Shown here: piece by piece, positions 15,108 to 33,031 of the stretch
Position numbering within the stretch: position 1 is the stretch's first letter
How the letters are laid out: the number at the start of each line of letters is the position of its first letter
Source of the DNA: Chrysomallon squamiferum
Taxonomy: Eukaryota; Animalia; Mollusca
NCBI GenBank assembly: GCA_012295275.1
Contig: CM022678.1
Coordinates: 9,362,001-9,426,000 of the forward strand
DNA length: 64,000 bases
Direction: 5' to 3'
Translations under genes and position numbers: made by a program
Notes under the pieces: model-generated
What the model saw: only the letters and a program-made list of their open reading frames with translations
The model's database searches: none
Told to the model about the DNA's origin: nothing

Positions 15108-16297
15108 AAGTGACATGGGTTTCACATCATCGAAAATGAAAAGCTGATCATGTGATTCGACTGACTAATCTTCTTGTGAAACTGGAGTTTTTGTTGAAAG
15201 CAGCCAAACCAAGACTTAAACTGCCACAAGCTTTACCACTTCGTCTCATCCACTCAGTCAGAATTTAAAATCTTTAAAAAATATTCAGGTAATTATGTCT
15301 GTAAATATGTCTTAGTCTGTCTGTCTGTTTGTCTTTCTGTCTGCCTCCCTATTTATTTACTTTATTTCTATCTCTCTCTGCTTTTCTGTTTGTCTGTGTG
15401 TATTTCTTTCCTTGAAAATGTTCAGATAAATATGTTTGTCTCTATGAGAATCTGTCTACATATCTATGTCTCTACTTACTAAATACTTTTCTGTTTGTCT
15501 GTGTGTATTTCTTTACTTGAAAATGTTCAGATAAATATGTTTGTCTCTATGAGAATCTGTCTACATATCTATGTCTCTGCTTACTAAATACTTTTCTCTT
15601 TGTCCTTCTGTATGTCAGTCTCTGTCTTTACATCATTTCTTATTTGTTCCTAATTAGCAAGTTTCTTTGTTTATTTTTTCTTTCTTTTCTTTATGTTTTT
15701 AACATTGTAATAACAAAGAAAGAAAATATTTTAGATAATCTATCTTTAAGTTCTCTTTTGATAATTCTGAACATAAATAGCTTAATAATCAGTCTTTTAA
15801 ATAATTCTAAATTTATAGTTTTAATTTATAAAAATGATCGATAAACAAGTTTTAGTAGACAGTTGATTATTTTTATTTTATTTATTTTTATTTATTTATG
15901 AATCTTTCTATCTTCTGTCTGTGATCTAATGTATGTATGTATCTGTCTATCATTTATTTATTTATTTATTTATTTTCTTATTTTCTTATTATTTTTGATT
16001 TATTTAAAATATAATCATACTGAATTACATAATATTGGATATTTACATTCATTATTATTAATCTTTTCATTATTTTATTTAATATTACAACCTGCTGAAT
16101 AATTTAGTATTCTATATTTTCATTAATTATTAACACCTTTATTTTTGTTTATTTACTTATTTTTTAACTAGGTTTTAAATTTATCAGGAAACAGTTTTGG
16201 AATCCAGGCTTTCCGAGCTGTGTGTTTGGCAAAGTGTTCTAACACAACAGTGATCTTCCTTAGCCTCACCACCAACAAAACAGACACTGAGAGTGCT
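15108..16297 (+). pseudogene. RI-like LRR gene exons, copy 2 (15108-15288; 16172-16297)
   Basis: Near-identical duplicate of copy 1: VLNLSGNSFGIQAFRAVCLAKCSNTTVIFLSLTTNKTDTESA with the same splice sites. Confidence 0.65.
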
Positions 16298-16877
16298 GTG
16301 AGTAATCTTAGTTATAACTGTTATAAAATGTTTTATAATAATAACAGTAGTGGTAGTAGTAGTAATAATAATAATAATAATAATAAAACCCAAGAACAAG
16401 AAATTATTTTTATATTTATATATATGTATAACTGAGAAAAACAAATTCTTGTTTTCTCTTCTTCTTCATCATCTTCTTTGTTGTCGTCTTCTTCTTCTTA
16501 TTATTGTCATTATTACTGTTATTATTATTGTCATTATTATTGTTACTATTGTCATTGTTATTATTAATATTATTGTCATTGTTATTGTTATTATTATTAT
16601 TGTCATTGTTATTGTTATTATTAATTGCCCAGTATTATCAGTTAGCTACTAATACTGCTACTTCTGCTACTACCACTGTTACTACTGTTATCCTACTACT
16701 GAAAAAATAGTTACTAACAGTGACTTTCAACACACTAAATCTGTTAGCAACAACTACTATATATCTATTTACCACTATGTCTGTTACTGCTGTTTCTACA
16801 CATTATTTTTTCTACTACTACTACTACTACTACTACTGTGGTGTCTGCAGTTATTTACTAACACCTCTTATTGTATT

Positions 16878-16917
<40 letters not shown>

Positions 16918-17013
16918 GTGGTGTCTGCAGTTATTTACTACCTCCTCTTATTGTATTTACTACTACTACTACTGTGGTGTCTGCAGTTATTTACTACCTC
17001 CTCTTATTGTATT

Positions 17014-17047
<34 letters not shown>

Positions 17048-18098
17048 GTGGTGTCTGCAGTTATTTACTAACTCCTCTTATTGTATTTACTACTACTATT
17101 CAACCTAAGCTAATTCTACAAGTTATCACTGTCACTGTTAATGCAGCAATTACTACTACTAATTCTAGAACTATTACCACTAGTACTATTACTAGTACTG
17201 TTACTACTAATACTACAACTATTATCACTATTACTAGTACTGTTACTACTAATACCACAGCTATTACCACTAGTACTATTACTAGTACTGTTACTACTAA
17301 TACCATGGCTATGAATTCTGCTGCTGCAGCTTTTACTACTACTACAACAACAGCAACTGCTACTACTGCTGTTACTAATACTAAAACTACTACAACTACT
17401 GCTGAGTCAACTGCTATAACCAACAGTACCAATGTTACTACTAGTTCTATTGCTAGTATTACTACAACTACTACAGCAACTACAACTACTACAACTACTA
17501 CTGCTGAGTCAACTGCTATAACCAACAGTACGAATGTTACTACTAGTTCTATTGCTAGTATTACTACAACTACTACGGCTTACAACTACTACAACTACTA
17601 CTGCTGAGTCAACTGCTATAACCAACAGTACCAATGTAACTACTAGTTCTATTGCTAGTAGTACTACAACTACTACTACTGAGTCAACAGCTATAACCAA
17701 CAGTACCAATGTTACTACTAGTTCTATTGCTAGTATTACTACAACTACTACAGCAACTACAACTACTACTGCTGCTGCTGTTACTATTCTACTGTTAAAA
17801 CATTATGATGTTTTCTACTAACTACATTTTTCATTACATACATATATTTTTCTATTTATTAACTTTCTTATTTATTTATTTATTTATTTATTTATTGATA
17901 GTGGTTTAATTTGATATCTACTGATATGAAACTTCTATAATATTATATTTATTTATTGATTTATTTATTTTCAGAGCTAAGAGTGTAGGCTTCACTGATA
18001 TGAAACTCCTATCATACTTTCTAAGCTTTTTCTCATTTTCTACTGATGGTTAAGATATAGATGCCAAGTTTCTTAATACTGTTTTTCATTTATTTCAG

Positions 18099-18293
18099 GT
18101 ATTCCAGAATCCAAATTGGGCACAAGTTCTGTACAGGAATTAAGTCTGAACTGCAGTTGTTTATCCAACCAGCTGTTGGAGTTTCTGGTAGAATGTTTCC
18201 ATGCAAAACTCCTTTCTTTGAAAGATGTGGACATTGGAAATGATCCTGACCTATCTGTATCTGTCATTGACAGTTTAGTTAAACTTACATCAG
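18099..18293 (+). CDS. LRR-like exon (195 bp, phase 1-1), probably from the same LRR gene
   Basis: tttcag|...cag|gtaatt; open frame IPESKLGTSSVQELSLNCSCLSNQLLEFLVECFHAKLLSLKDVDIGNDPDLSVSVIDSLVKLTS. Its phase does not match the upstream phase-0 exon, so intervening exons are missing. Confidence 0.55.
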
Positions 18294-18829
18294 GTAATTG
18301 TTTTTTATTAAAGTAAACATTGTTTGTTGAATTTTATAAATTTTAAATGACTATTATCTTTTTTTCTCTCTCTCTCTCTCTCTCTGACTCTTTTCTCTGT
18401 CTCCGTTCTCTGTCTCTCTCATTCTGTCCATATCTTTACCTTCTGCATATTCTATCTGTAAATAGCTCTTTGTTTTTATTTTCTGATTTCTTTCTTTACC
18501 CATCTTTATCACCCTCATTCTACTTAACACTCTCTCTTCAATCTGTATTTTCTTTTTCAATCTCTGTGTGTGTGTGTTTTTGTGAAAATTAACTGAGTTG
18601 ATTAACTTAATAACTGAGATAATTAACTGCTATAACTGAAACAACTGAATTGATTATCTTAGGTAACTGAATAACATGATTAGCCATATGTCACTGAATT
18701 GAAATGTCTTAACAAATTGTAACCACAATCACATCAGCGCTTTTTATTTGTGCCACCAATTTTTCAACTCCATGGTGTTGTTATAAAAGTGCGTCACTTG
18801 GAGATTAAGCAGAGAAGGAAAAGTTAATT

Positions 18830-19029
18830 NNNNNNNNNNNNNNNNNNNNNNNNNNNNNNNNNNNNNNNNNNNNNNNNNNNNNNNNNNNNNNNNNNNNNNN
18901 NNNNNNNNNNNNNNNNNNNNNNNNNNNNNNNNNNNNNNNNNNNNNNNNNNNNNNNNNNNNNNNNNNNNNNNNNNNNNNNNNNNNNNNNNNNNNNNNNNNN
19001 NNNNNNNNNNNNNNNNNNNNNNNNNNNNN
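18830..19029. other. Assembly gap (200 N)
   Basis: N run at the end of the duplicated block. Confidence 1.
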
Positions 19030-19980
19030 TTTATACTATTTATTACATTCTACTGTATAAACATATAAAAGTATACTGTAGCTTTATAATGCTACAAATG
19101 TTACATTAAAACAACATCTGAAAATGAATTCAGTACAGTATCGGTCAAGGGGCAGCTTCTACCATATCGAACAATTCCCTTAATGCCTGCATTTACATTC
19201 TTTTTTCTTATGAATGTCCGCAGTATATCACTGCTTGTGTATACCTGAATTCACCTCACATTACCAAACACTTGAGAGTTGCTCTGTCTTGGTTTAGTCA
19301 AATAATACAATATGTAATATTATAATAACATAAATTTAATCGTTAATATGATTTATTTATTTATTTATTTTAAACAGAATGAAATAAAACTATATAATAT
19401 AGAGAAGGAATATATAGTATTATTTTATTGTTATGACTAAAATCATATATTCACCTTGTATGCTGTTTTTCATTATTATAGTTTATTTATATATCTTACG
19501 AAAAGACCTGATCCCGCCAGTTCACTGTTCAAGTTTAAACACGATACAATTTTGGCGGCTAAATGTATTATCTTTCTCTGTCCAACTACAAGCCAGCTGC
19601 TATCTCTATTATTACAACATGTGTGATAGACTCTAACCAGCATTTTATAAATTAATTCAATACACAAACTATGTTAAGGTAGTTGTTAATTTTAATCCTG
19701 TTTACTTAACCTCAAGAATGAAAAAATTTCACGATTATTTTTTATCAGAAGAAACAAAACTTTTATAGAAAACTTCAAAGCTTCTACCCCTTTTTTTTTA
19801 TGAATTGGTATCTTCCACTCAGAATGTGTCGTCTGTAAAAACCGGGCTTCGCTAATGCAAGAGTAAATTGACATTGCAGACGAAGAAGCGTTCACATTAT
19901 TTCAGCTGTTAAAATTTTCATTTCTCAAGACTAAGTAAGTCAAATTTATTATTATTATTATTCTTCTTCTTCTTCTTCTT

Positions 19981-20041
<61 letters not shown>

Positions 20042-20340
20042 GTGTTCTAAGATATTTTAAAATATCATTTTCAAAGTCAATTCCACGATTACTTTATCGT
20101 GCGTGGTATATGATTTTCAAGAAAAGTAGCTCGTCACATTGCGAGAAACGATTTCTTTTCTAGTGGTGTGATAAATTAACTTGCAGCATTCATGGATACT
20201 CACATATGTTTAGTTTGTTGGTGTTTTTTTTATTTTTTTTCTTTGCTTCATACAATTTATTACAGCCGACTTCGTTTATTATATTAGTTTTGTCGACCGC
20301 AATTTACAACAGACTGTCGTCTTCCTTCTCAAATTAAGAG

Positions 20341-20348
20341 TGACGTCA
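20341..20348 (+). promoter_or_regulatory. Full CRE palindrome TGACGTCA in a CpG-retaining region upstream of the TRIM gene
   Basis: Exact motif ~310 bp before the ATG; CpG is visibly more frequent over 19830-20470. Confidence 0.35.
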
Positions 20349-20533
20349 CAAGGTTAAATTTAGCAAGTTCGTAATGCACTTTTATTTTACAAACAAGACT
20401 AAATAAATAAATAAACAAACAGTTTTTTTTTAGTTTATTTATAATATTATCAGTGTTGTATTCGCAAGTTTATATATTTATCATTTCATTTATTTATTTG
20501 TATATACCATTAGTCGTATGAATTTAGTGGAAT

Positions 20534-20571
<38 letters not shown>

Positions 20572-20573
20572 TA

Positions 20574-20647
<74 letters not shown>

Positions 20648-20652
20648 CAGAT

Positions 20653-20938
20653 ATGGCAACAGCTTCAAACTCGGATGACAGTATTTCGTGCTCTCTGTGT
20701 TTGGACGTTTTCGACAAACCCAGAAGTCTTCCATGTGGACACTCGTTCTGTTCTAAATGCCTTGAAAATTACATCAGCAAAAAATACAACAACAACGACA
20801 CAGAAATCTCCTGCCCGATATGCAGGCAGAATGTCCACATCCCAGATAGCACGAAACCAGTGGAAACATGGGCAGCTCAGTTCTCTATTAACAAGTCACT
20901 GGTGGACGCCATTAACAAAATACAACATTCAAAGTTTT
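20653..20938 (+). CDS. TRIM-like E3 ligase, coding exon 1: RING finger (C3HC4)
   Basis: CSLC..LPCGHSFCSKC..CPIC RING-HC motif. Acceptor cacag just before the ATG; donor t|gtgagt at 20939 (phase 1). Confidence 0.9.
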
Positions 20939-21160
20939 GTGAGTCAGCTGTGTTTAGGTCGATTACAATAAAATAATTTAAAAAGATACAGTGATTATTT
21001 AACTATAAATATTTATTTATTAACCATCGCAGCATAAAGAAATAGAGGACATTTTATCTATAACAATTTTCTACCCAGATTTTACATTTAGTTGATAAAA
21101 TAAATTCATTAACACTCCAAATTGTACGCATATCTTTATTAATACCATTAGAACTCAATC

Positions 21161-21269
<109 letters not shown>

Positions 21270-21275
21270 TTTCAG

Positions 21276-23041
21276 CTAAAAAGGGAGGCCACATTTCAAT
21301 TCTGAGTTCTGTTTCTGAGAGTCTCAAAAAATTTAAAGAAATTCTTCAGACAGAGATGGATGATAAGATTGAGCAACTTCGCCAAGCCGTCGACATCAAC
21401 GTCGTGGACACCACAGAAGAGGTCAGAAGGATTGGTAACACACTAATAACAGATTTCACAGCCGCAGTCCACAAAGAACAAGACAGGCTAATAAGAGAAA
21501 TAGAAAAATCTCAGAACTTTGTAAACTCAGAAATAGAAAAATTGTTTAGAGAACACAAACATCTGATTGATGAAAATGAAAAATTTATAAAACTTGCTGA
21601 AAATTTGTTAAAAGAAAAATCAGAGTCAGACATAAAAACAAATCTTCCAAAATTCACCAAACTTCAAAACACAACTTCCGAGTTTCTGACAAAATCTCTT
21701 TCACAAATAGAAAAAGCAAAATTCAAAATAAATCTGAGAAAATCTGACAAAAAGAAAGAAATGTCTGTACACATCGGTGAAATAATCACAAACATCCAAA
21801 CAGACACACAGATAGACAAACAGACAGACACACTCAAACACACAGACACCATTAACACAAAAACACAACACACAGACACACAGATAGACAAACAGACAGA
21901 CACACTCAAACACACAGACACCATTAACACAAAAACACAACACACAGACACACAGATAGACAAACAGACAGACACAACACAGACACCATTAACACAAAAA
22001 CACAACACACAGACACACAGATAGACAAACAGACAGACACACAAACACACAGACACACAAAAACACAACACACAGACACACAGATAGACAAACAGACACA
22101 CAAACACACAGACACCATTAACACAAAAACACAACACACAGACACACAGATAGACAAACAGACAGACACACTCAAACACACAGACACCATTAACACAAAA
22201 CACAAACACACAGACACACAGATAGACAAACAGACAGACACACTCAAACACACAGACACCATTAACACAAAAACACAAGAAGATAAAACAAATCCTTTTG
22301 TGTTGTCCATCCTGGTGTCAGGTGAGGACAAGAGTAAAATTGTTGTTAGTGATTGTAACAATAAATGTGTAAAATGTTTTTGTTTAGAAAGAAAATCACT
22401 GATAAACAAACACGTGACTTCCACTGGTCCATGCGGTCTTGCTGAGTCACGTGGTCAGCAGGGTGATGTTGTTGTTGTCGTTGCTCTGCCAGATGAAAAT
22501 AAAATATTGTTTTTAAATTTGGAAAACTTCAAACTGATAAAAACAATTACAACTGGTAAAAGTATGAGTTTATCTCTGTGTTACCTGGCAACCGTCTCGC
22601 GGTCACTGGTGGGGGTGTTTTAATGAGTGCTTGGACATACTGACAGACAGTGGTCAGCTCATTAATTCTATCTCAACAGATTTGATCCCCAGTCCGTGGT
22701 GTCTCACAGTTCAAGATCAATGTCTGATTGTTGTGTCAGATGAAAACAGATTATTTTGTGTGACGTCATCAGGTGACGTCAAATGGAAGTCACGTGATTC
22801 AGACAAACTGAGAGACTTGACAGGTGTTACATGTGACAGGGAGGGAAATATTTTTGTTTGTAGTTTTTAAATAGAAATTGTGTTGTTCAGCTGTCTCGAG
22901 ATGGTAACATTACACGTGACATCCTCACTGACCAGGATGGACTGTCCAGACCTTGTGTGTGTCTGTTGTGATGACAACAAACTCTACGTGGTACAGTTTA
23001 AAAACAGTGAAATAAAAATATTTACGTGGTGTAAAAAGTAA
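21276..23041 (+). CDS. TRIM-like E3 ligase, coding exon 2: coiled coil, 72-bp repeat linker, NHL/SGL-like beta-propeller (frameshifted as assembled)
   Basis: Acceptor ttcag|ct at 21276 gives an in-frame phase-1 join to ORF 21356 (helical, E/K-rich). Propeller blades [52 protein letters not shown]. Ends ...IFTWCKK* at 23039-23041. Several frame breaks could be real or assembly indels. Confidence 0.75.
21800..22278 (+). repeat. Coding 72-bp tandem repeat ([24 protein letters not shown]), ~6-7 copies, inside the TRIM exon
   Basis: Repeated acagacacacagatagacaaacagacagacacactcaaacacacagacaccattaacacaaaaacacaac. Confidence 0.9.
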
Positions 23042-23949
23042 ACTTCAAACTGTCTGCTAAGTTAGTTTCACTGAACTGTTTTGAAGTTGAAAGTCCACAG
23101 ACATTTCTTTCTTGTAAATAAACAGAAAATCAGTTATTTATTTACTGTAAGGTAATTAATTTAGTTAATTTGTTTACTTTCTTTATTTTTATTTTTAAAT
23201 ATGTTATTTATTTATTATGAATTATTTTATCGTTTAACCTTGCTAAATTACAAAATAGATTTCACTTTAAAACAGACTCTGATTTACTTTTGAAATTTTC
23301 ACCAAGTTTTGTCATTTTAACTCTCTCTCTCTCTCTCTCTCTTTTCTTACATCTAAACTATAGTTTATTTCAAATAATGTTGGAATATTTAATTTATACT
23401 TGTACAATGAAAACTGTAATAAAATATTTATATGATAATTAAAAAAATTGTTCTGTCTTTATTTCATTTAAATTTTAAAACTATTTTACATTGTTTCGTG
23501 ATCTCTTTGTCTGTATAGCTACCTATGTATTCACCTAACTGTATGTATGTATGTATGTATGTATGTATGTATGTATGTATGTATGTCTGTATAATATAAT
23601 TAATGTGTATAATATCAGTGTAGAACAAAGCAGTTCACTGTTGAGATTTATTATAAATTTATTATTAACAGCTAATACAGATTATTGTTTTGGAGATCCC
23701 TAGCATTTTCAACATGTGAAAAATCTCTGTGACACTTTCCCCGCGGGTCGGGAGAAATGTTTCAACACGTGCAAAACGTGCGCGCCGTCGGCCCACGTGT
23801 GGGAAAAAAGTTTCAACTTTTACATTTTTATTCTGTTTGACATATTTTATAAATTTCTCTCTTAGACATGAAGTTAAGTTTACTTTCTTATTTATTTATT
23901 TTTTAATCCAAAGAAAGAAATAAACAAATAAAAGGAAAGAAGAAAAAAG

Positions 23950-26730
<2,781 letters not shown>

Positions 26731-27387
26731 AATAAAATAAAATCAGAGAAACAACCGCACAAACGAAAATTGCAAACAGGAAAAAAAAAAAAAAAAAACA
26801 GAAAACAAAACAGAATCGATGTTTTAAAAACGTGACTAAATGTGAAACTGGATATCTCACTTGAGGTCTACAGACACGTGTTTTAAATCCGGGTGTTAGC
26901 GATCATGTTTCATCTTTATTTAGTGTGCACGTTCAAGTTAGTTTGAGTAGGGAACAATTCACAATATTCACGTAGCAGGGGCACATGGGCGGAACTGCGA
27001 TCTGAAGTATTTTTTATTTACTTTTTTTTTTATTTTATTCTGCGTCTGATTAGTGATATTATTGTTGTTATTGTTGCTGCTGTTGCTGTTGTTGTTGTTA
27101 CTATTTTCGGATGAGTTTATTTATTTCACAGCAATAACAATAACAGCACGAATATGAACATTAACTGTAATAATTTTACCTACATACATAAAAACACACA
27201 CGTACTGACATAAATACCCTCATATACAAAAACACACACATATGTATACACACAGATTATTCTCATTGTGCAGTCTAAACGTAACAAAACAGAATATTTC
27301 CTCCTGTATAAATACATATACACAAATATATCTATAGTAACATTAACACACAAATATGTTCATACACAGATAGAAGCGGGCGCGCGT

Positions 27388-27435
<48 letters not shown>

Positions 27436-27486
27436 ATTAAACTTCTGTTTTAATGTTTGCTTTTCTTCTTCTTCTTCGTCGTTATC

Positions 27487-27615
<129 letters not shown>

Positions 27616-27814
27616 TTACTACTATTTATTATTATTATTAATGGCATTGTTGATATAGACAGCAATACAGATATTATGTAGGACAAAAACAGATAAAAAC
27701 AAAACAACAAAAAAAAAAAAAAAAAAAAAAAAGAAAACAACAACAACAATAAATTCCTAGATAGATACACAGAGCTGTATACGTAATAGATATGTAGACA
27801 CAAAATATATACTT

Positions 27815-28400
27815 CTATAGATACACACACGTGATACGAATACAGAAGAAAACATACAAAACATGCACAAAGTTTACTTCTATAGATACACACACGTGAT
27901 ACGAATACAGAAGAAAACATACAAAACATGCACAAAGTTTACTTATATAGATACACACACACGTGATACGAATACAGAAGAAAACATACAAAACATGCAC
28001 AAATAAATATTTACTTCTATAGATACACACACGTGATACGAATACAGAAAAAACATACAAAACATGCACAAAGTTTACTTATATAGAAACAAACAATACA
28101 GAAGAAAAAATAAAAACATGCACAAATAAATAGATACACACACACAACGAATACAGAAGAAAAAAAACAAAACATACAAAACATATACAAAAGATACTTC
28201 TATAATAAATACAAAAAATATACAAATATAGATGTACAAAAAGTTATCATATAACAATACAGAAGAAAACATAAAAACATGCACAAAACATGCACGGTTT
28301 ACTTATAGATATGCACACATGATACGAATACAGAAGAAAACATACAAAACATGCACAAAGTTTACTTACATATATACACACACACACACATAAAGTAGAA
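27815..28400. repeat. ~65-bp minisatellite degenerating rightwards
   Basis: gatacacacacgtgatacgaatacagaagaaaacatacaaaacatgcacaaagtttacttctata repeated. Confidence 0.85.
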
Positions 28401-29566
28401 GAAAACATACAAAAAAACACACAAAGTTTACTTATATAAATACAAACAGATACAGAAGAAAAAAAAAAACATAAAAGTATACTAAATAAACACAAAAAGA
28501 TAAAAACACATAATATACAAATAGAAAAACACATTATAAAACTAAAAACATATAAAACAAAATAAAAGTACAAAAGAGATAATGATAAATACACACACAA
28601 AATAATACACATAAATAGATAAACACACAATATATCAAACACACACACATACACATATAAATGGAGGAAAACATACAAAACACGCACAAAGATTGCTTCA
28701 CATATATAAACACACACACATGAATATAAAAAAAATAAATAACAGATTTGAAACACGCACGAAGTATACTTATATAAATACACACACACACACAAATATA
28801 TAATAAAGTAAAAAAAAGAAAAACACGAAAAAGTATACTTATATAAATACACACACACTGATACACATAAAGTAAATAAAAGTCAAAAGTATACTTATTT
28901 TGATGCACACATAATAATACACATAATGTAGAATAAAAAAAAAAAAAACACGTACAAAAATACACTTACATAGATACACACACATAATACTAAATGTTAA
29001 CACTAAATACCGCGTCATTCACATTGATGAAATCTTTCGTCAATGAACTTACACAATGTGCTAAGACTGATTTGACGCTAACAAAAATATGACTTTGTTT
29101 CTTACATCTTTGTATGTACTTTTTAATACACAGTAAAACTCTTTTATAATCAATTTGATATCACACTTGAAACAAACGATAATACCGTGAGAAAAAAGCA
29201 ACTCTGTCAAAAAACGTGTTTTTATGTGTGAGCGATGTATAATTTTTAACATCATTGTATGTGTTTATGTACTTATGTACACACCTGTCAATGTGTATGC
29301 GATGTATGTGTGTGTCAATGTATGTATGTATGTATGTATGTATGTATGTATGTATGTATGTATGTATATATATATATATATATAAGCATTATTATAACAT
29401 AACCACCAATATTGCATCTACTACTATCTACTACGATAACGATCACCCCAATAACATTATGACTACCACAACGACTGTTGTTTCCAATACCCACCATACT
29501 AGTTCCACCACAACTACTGCTACTGTAACCACCATTACTATTACAGCCACTAATACTATTACTACA

Positions 29567-29615
<49 letters not shown>

Positions 29616-29642
29616 ATACTACTTTTTGCTACTTACTTACTA

Positions 29643-29720
<78 letters not shown>

Positions 29721-30016
29721 GACTGCACATAACACTAATAACACTAATAAAAAACAGCTGCAAAATGACAGAGAGGGAAACGTTTTGTTTCTAAAATTAT
29801 TTACCAGTGTAACCCATGCTAAACACTCAGAAAATAAAATACGAGTATGTTTTATCCGTTTTATTTTTTTAGCTGATAATTTTACAGTCTGTAATTATTT
29901 TTATTTTTATTTTTGTTATTAGTATTAGTGACAATGTAAAAGATTTCGCTGGCATTTCAGTTAAAACACATTTTTGTATTTTTCAACTGAAAGACTGATT
30001 TAATATTTGACTAAAG

Positions 30017-30182
<166 letters not shown>

Positions 30183-30813
30183 TTAAGAAGAAGAAGTTAA
30201 ATACAGTTATTTAAATACAGTTATTTCAATTAGAACGTGAAACTTCAAGATGTTGCGCCAAGGCTAATGTGCACGTGCAAGATCTAAATAATTTTTTTTT
30301 GTGAATTCACCTGTTTCTACAAAATGTTTGAAAGCAAAATATTGCAATAGTACTAGTTCTGTTAATGTCGCCGTATTGTATTACGGAGTTACTGTAAAAA
30401 GTTTATATAACATTTTTCATTTTGAGTTCTATAGTTAGATTCGACTAGAAACAATTTGTATACAAATTTGTATTATCTCAAATATTATGTATATTTAACA
30501 CACGCTCACACACATGTTGACATCAAAACTGCTAATTTAGCATCTTATATGAAAGCTGTCATTCAGTAAGAAAGAAAACAAAGTGAAATTAGATGTGTGT
30601 GAAAAACGTGCAAACTGAACTAACAAGGAGGACACTACAGCTGACATGTAAACCTTTGTAATCCACTAAATGATTTGTTTCAACCTGTTAATCACAGAGA
30701 ACTCCCTCGTTAGACATCTAGCAGTAGCTGAAATACCTGACGGGTGGTAATGCATTACTTTGAATTTACAGGTGGAAACTTTTTAAGTCCATGTCCTAGA
30801 AACACGTACACAC

Positions 30814-30878
<65 letters not shown>

Positions 30879-30888
30879 CACACACACA

Positions 30889-30997
<109 letters not shown>

Positions 30998-31889
30998 ACA
31001 CATACATACATACATACATACATACACACACAATACATACATAGATAAATCAGTACATCACATAGTGCGTTTGTACTTGTCAGTGTAGTCTGTACTTATC
31101 AAGGTACTCTAATAATGATTTTACAATTGACAAATTTGTATGTAAGTTAACTGTGGGGAACGGCAATAAATATTATTAAATAAATGAAGGATCGGAACGA
31201 GTTTCATCGTCTGCGTAAAAATGACTAAAAACAAAACGATAATAACTGTATCATCAACAGAACGAAAACAACAACAACAACAGCATTGTAATTGTCCATA
31301 GTGATTAACGACATTCCAGAAAATTGTCAAAATCCACAATAACAGCCCTACTACACACACCTGCAATTTGTGATGCACGTGCGAAGTATGGAATTTGACA
31401 AATGGACGTGGAAACGTAAGTCAAAATTAATATTTTCAGGTTCCCCCAATTTTTGTGTAGATTATATTAAATGAAAACGAAACAATAAATAAATAAATGT
31501 TGTTTTTTTATTTTTTTGTGGGGGGTATGTTCTCATCTCCCTAAATAAATAATTTATAATTTGCTTTATGTAATTTGCAGGTGGGGGGGGATATAATATT
31601 TAATGAAATATTTAATGAAAAGTATGACTATATTATTAATGATAAATCTGAGTAGTCCATAATATCCATCGTTTAAAAGCTCTTTTACTAAGATAATTAT
31701 AAGATAAGTGATAAGAGACATTTGAAAAACATGCTGCGGATACTGAAACATCAAAGCTGTTATTTAAACTTTATTGAAATACTGAATTTATTTCATACAA
31801 TTTGGTATAGAAATAAAATAAAATGACTAATTCTGGAAACAGAATTTTGCAATGCTCACTTTTCCCTTTTTTTATTTTTTTTATTTTAG

Positions 31890-32067
31890 TCTCTTGATGA
31901 AGTCGACAAACGTCTTTCTGAAATGAACAACGCTAAATTCTGTTAACTGCGTCACAAGCGTTTCTCATCAAACTCAGCAAGATGGAGAAGAAGCAGACGG
32001 TAATTTTAACTGTTTTCTTACTGACTTTGACTTACTTACTTACTTACTTACTTAGTTAATTAATTAA

Positions 32068-32121
<54 letters not shown>

Positions 32122-33031
32122 ATCGGAAGGTTATTATTAATATTCTGTTTATTTTTGTTTTTATTTTTGGACGTAATCTTGACGATAGTAACTTATTTTC
32201 AAGATTGGTTTGCGCAAGGCTTTTAATATTTGTTATAAATACAACAATTTATTTTATTTCGTGTCTATATATATAAAGATTATAACTGATTCAGTACTAG
32301 TTACTGAAATTGTTACTCATATTTAATTTTTTATTTATTTTTTAATTGATGTATTTATTACCATTATTATTTCTGTTATTATATCTGTTGTTGTTGGTGT
32401 TGCTCTTGTTAGTATTATTCACCGAAAGGTCACAGGTATACAGAATTACCGCCATCACTAATGTATTTAATACAAAAATAGACAAAAGTAAATTTATTGT
32501 ATTATTTAGGTGACGAACAAAAGTACTCTGCAAAGTGGTTGTGTTATACTGAATGGCAGAAGTATTAAGGTAAGATTCTTGAAATTATTTCCATGTTAAA
32601 CTGTTATTTCTGTTTAATACATAATACGGTTGAACACAAAATTTACCGGTTTTGTGAGTTTAATTTTTCACAACGTATATATTTATATTTGTTTATTTAT
32701 TTATTTGTTTGCTTACTTAATTATTTATTTGTTTATTTACTTATTTATTAATTTATTTGTTCATTTATGTCTTTATTTATTTGTTTGTTTGTTTATTTAT
32801 TTATTTATTTTTTTTTTTTTTTTATTTATTTTTTTTATTTGTTTATTTTTTTTTTTTTTTTTATTTATTTTTTATTTATTTATTTATTTATTATATATAT
32901 ATGTTTGTTTGTTTGTTTGTTTCTGACAGATATTTACAAAGGATTCAGCTGGGAACACAGATATCTAGGACACTGCGGGTTTAAACAGGCGTGACTCTGG
33001 AGCAGGCAGTGAGACTGTTAGAGTGTAACAA
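31890..33031 (+). other. Small exon series of an unidentified transcript (31890-31999, 32510-32569, 32930-33031)
   Basis: Polypyrimidine+ag acceptors and gtaatt/gtaaga donors; the joined frame MEKKQT-VTNKST...-IFTKDSAGNTDI* is short. Confidence 0.35.

Larger units (their letters stand above)
10937..17840 (+). repeat. Head-to-tail tandem segmental duplication (10937-14730 / 14731-17840)
   Basis: Both units start aaagtaa(t/c)tgtagtata..atagcttgataacttagtattc and end ...aactacatttttcattacat. Exons, introns and minisatellites are shared in the same order. Confidence 0.93.
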
